The notes under the pieces: model-generated
Told to the model about the DNA's origin: nothing
The model's database searches: none
Seen by the model: the letters and a program-made list of their open reading frames with translations, nothing else
Part shown: in pieces, positions 61,173 to 64,000 of the stretch
Position numbering within the stretch: position 1 is the first letter of the stretch
Layout: the number at the start of each line of letters is the position of its first letter
Program-made: the position numbers and the translations under genes
Source of the DNA: Podarcis muralis
Taxonomy: Eukaryota
Direction of reading: 5' to 3'
Assembly (NCBI RefSeq): GCF_964188315.1
Contig: NC_135661.1
Location: 49,600,001-49,664,000 of the forward strand
DNA length: 64,000 nt

Positions 61173-61519
61173 CAGTGGGGCCGCCTCTTATGCAATGTGG
61201 TATGCCTCCACATGCAAAGGAAGTCCGAAACCCGCAGAACCTCCCCCCTCTGCAAAGAGGCCTGCATACTGGATTCTGCGAAGGTCCCAGGAGGTTCAGG
61301 ATGTGGGAAAGTGAGGCAACACCTTCCTTATCTGTCTCTGGAAGCATCCCAGGCCCCTCCTGCCACCTTCCCAGAGCCTGGGTGCACAGGGGAATTCAAT
61401 CAATCAATCAATCAATCAATCACTGGGGATGGCAGGTTTTCCTCACTTTCCATTTATTTATTTAGCCCTCCTCCCCGTATATGGTTGCAATCGTATGAGC
61501 GTAACTTGCAGACCCACTG
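61173..61519. mobile_element. Tc1/mariner-type MITE containing an (ATCA)n run
   Basis: TA|CAGTGGGGCCGCCTCTTATGC ... GCGTAACTTGCAGACCCACTG|TA: imperfect 21-bp TIRs and TA flanks. Confidence 0.7.
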
Positions 61520-63273
61520 TACTGTTTTCTTCACAGGCATCTAATATTTTCATAAAGTCAATAATATTAAGTCATTAATTGTGCTATGGATTTTATCTAG
61601 ATTTAATTCTGCACAGAAAAAAATGTTGCTGTATATAACAGTGCTTTCCATTGGGCAGTTTAGCATACAGAAGTTAATTTTGTGGAATTGTTTTTGTATG
61701 CATAGCTGCAAAACAAATTGTGCAATATAAGCATCTTTATGGTGTATATAGCTAACTAGTTTACAAGCATAATCTTTGTGGGTGGTTTAGAAGCTCAATT
61801 ACCACTGAAATTGAGGGGATAAATGTCCCTACAAGCTTCCATAAAAGTTATGTATTTTGTGGCACTTACAGGGCTGGGCAGGTTTCGCCATCCCTTTGCA
61901 AACCCTATAGCCTTGTATTTAGAAATAGTATGCAATCAGTTGTAGATCACTTCTTTGTATGTTTCCCTGAAATTAGTATGGACCACACAGGGTTTGTTAT
62001 TGAGGTTTGTTTTTTTAGGCTGTAATTCATACACGTAAGTAATCTTCTGGATGGCGGCCATTGTCAAGTATACCTAAGTAATTCGTATCACTGCTCTTAA
62101 TAGCAGTGTATCCTGAAAGTGCATTTAGAGAGCATTTGTCTTTCAAAACATAGCACATGACCTCTCTTTATTACTTCATTTCCATACACATTCTCAGTAT
62201 TTGGCTAGTGTAGTATAATTGTCCATTTTGTCACCATTTGAGAAACATGTAATCACTTATTTTCATGGGTGTCCATGGGAGCACTTGCCCCATCCCAGAA
62301 TGCTTAATATGTTTATTTTTTGATGTACACATGAACACACCTAGTTAGTCAGCAAAAGATTTTGATTAATCTCTGAGACCATTCCTATTGAGGGTGTCTG
62401 CCAGATTTCGACTTTTGGCATTTTTCTGGAGGAGAGCCTTCCTGGGCCAGCAGGTAGCTCAGGTGAATTTTGCTTGTTTAGATCTAATGATGGTGTTTCT
62501 ACAAATATTTCAAGATTTGGAAACTTTAGAAATACAGTGATAATATCATCAAAGGAGTTGTGGTGCTTTTTGTAATAGGTGAGGAGCTTAGAGGCGCTGC
62601 TGGACCTACCATTACTTTTTGAGGAGCAGGGAGGAAGTGGCCAAGGATAGAAACCAGGCTGGAAACAAAAAGTGCTGGCAAAGTTTTCAGAAGAGTTATA
62701 GCAGTGGTCCATCTGCATTCCATATCTGGATTTGCTTATTACCTCACCAAAGATTTGTTTCTTCATGTTGAAGAAAAAGACTTACAAGCCCATGCCAATT
62801 CCATTCAGAAGCATTATACACTTGAAAATTTGGGGGGTGAATCTGTTGCCTGGTATGAATTGGTAGGCAAAATTATAGATGAAAGAAATGCATTCATCAA
62901 TCATGCTTCATACACATCAGTAACCTTACTGAAATATTAGACCACAACAAACTGTTCCCTGCTATTAAAACTGCCATCTGTACAGCATTTTCCCTCCCAG
63001 TTACAAAATGCACATATGAACTACAGCACTCTGTGCAAGGTGTAGAGATGGTTATGTTCAATAATAAGTGAAGATTGGTTGTCTGGCTTGTGTGTGTTGA
63101 ATGTGTTGAATATCCATAGAGAAAAGTTGAAGATCTATGCCAAGACCGTAAGAGATTCCATTTCTTGTTTGTACTATATTTACCTTTTTGTTATGGATAC
63201 ACAAAGATTATCTAAGAGGTCTTGACTGGTTTCAGACCTTATGTCTGGCATTCACTACAGTTTAGGAAGATTA

Positions 63274-64000
63274 CCGTATTTTTCGCTCTATAACACGCAC
63301 CTGACCATAACACGCACATCGTTTTTAGAGGAGGAAAACAAGGGAAAAAATTCTGAATGAAACAGTGGATGTATCATTTTTGTGCTTCATGCTGTGGCCA
63401 CAGACATGTGATCTGATGGTGAATTTGGGGTAGCTCAATGCAAAGATCCTGAGGATCCATGTGGATCCATGCTTTTTAACCACATTTTTGCACCATTGCA
63501 GCCCCAGGCAACAGTGGGTGTGTGATTTTTGGGGGGCAGGCTGCTATGTGATCTGATGGTGAATTTGGGGTGGCCCAATGCAAAGATCCTGAGGATCCAT
63601 GTGGATCCATGCTTTTTAACGACATTTTTGCACCATTGCAGCCCCAGGCAACAGTGGGTGTGTGATTTTGGGGGGGCAGGCTGCTATGTGATCTGATGGT
63701 GAATTTGGGGTGGCCCAATGCAAAGATCCTGAGGATCCATGTGGATCCATGCTTTTTAACCACGTTTTTGCACCATTGCAGCCCCAGGCAACAGTGGGTG
63801 TGTGATTTTTGGGGGGCAGGCTGCTATGTGATCTGATGGTGAATTTGGGGTGGCCCAATGCAAAGATCCTGAGGATCCATGTGGATCCATGCTTTTTAAC
63901 CACGTTTTTGCACAATTGCAGCCCCAGGCAACAGTGGGTGTGTGATTTTTGGGGGGCAGGCTGCTATGTGATCTGATGGTGAATTTGGGGTGGCCCAATG
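63274..64000. mobile_element. Tc2/pogo-like non-autonomous DNA transposon (left end; runs off the window)
   Basis: TA|CCGTATTTTTCGCTCTATAACACGCAC start with a repeated ATAACACGCAC subterminal motif. Confidence 0.55.
63406..64000. repeat. 140-bp tandem repeat, at least 4.25 copies
   Basis: Unit starts (atgtgatctg) at 63406, 63546, 63686, 63826 and 63966; copies differ by only a few bases. Confidence 0.97.

Noticed and set aside
63406-64000. 140-bp repeats as a CRISPR-like array, and the repeated 80-99 aa ORFs
   Set aside because: Head-to-tail units without unique spacers in a vertebrate intron; the ORFs just follow the repeat.

Overview
Eukaryotic genomic DNA, probably a squamate (lizard), judged from Sauria-type SINEs and BovB/RTE fragments; the species cannot be determined. 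The host gene is WWOX on the + strand. Three coding exons are present (11517-11605, 16781-16966, 30341-30605; 89, 186 and 265 nt; exons 6-8 in human numbering), and the rest of the window is intron. The main passengers are all antisense to WWOX. (1) A near-intact 6.8-kb Ngaro-like tyrosine-recombinase retrotransposon (22962-29805) encodes gag, RT/RNase H, YR and an SGNH hydrolase. It has att-like bipartite inverted ends instead of the expected split direct repeats, a highly structured ~340-nt 3' region, and a CTCF/YY1 motif cluster beside a CpG island. (2) A full-length L1 (44870-57807, 17-bp TSD) has an intact ORF2 and an extra inter-ORF reading frame. (3) A full-length RTEX-like LINE (51849-56970, 16-bp TSD) is nested in that L1's 5' UTR, and its ORF2 follows ORF1 in frame after a single TGA. 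Also present are SINEs, MITEs, a U2 snRNA retro-fragment, a 24-bp perfect hairpin, a 140-bp minisatellite and two assembly gaps. Family names come from motif recognition by eye; no database searches were run.
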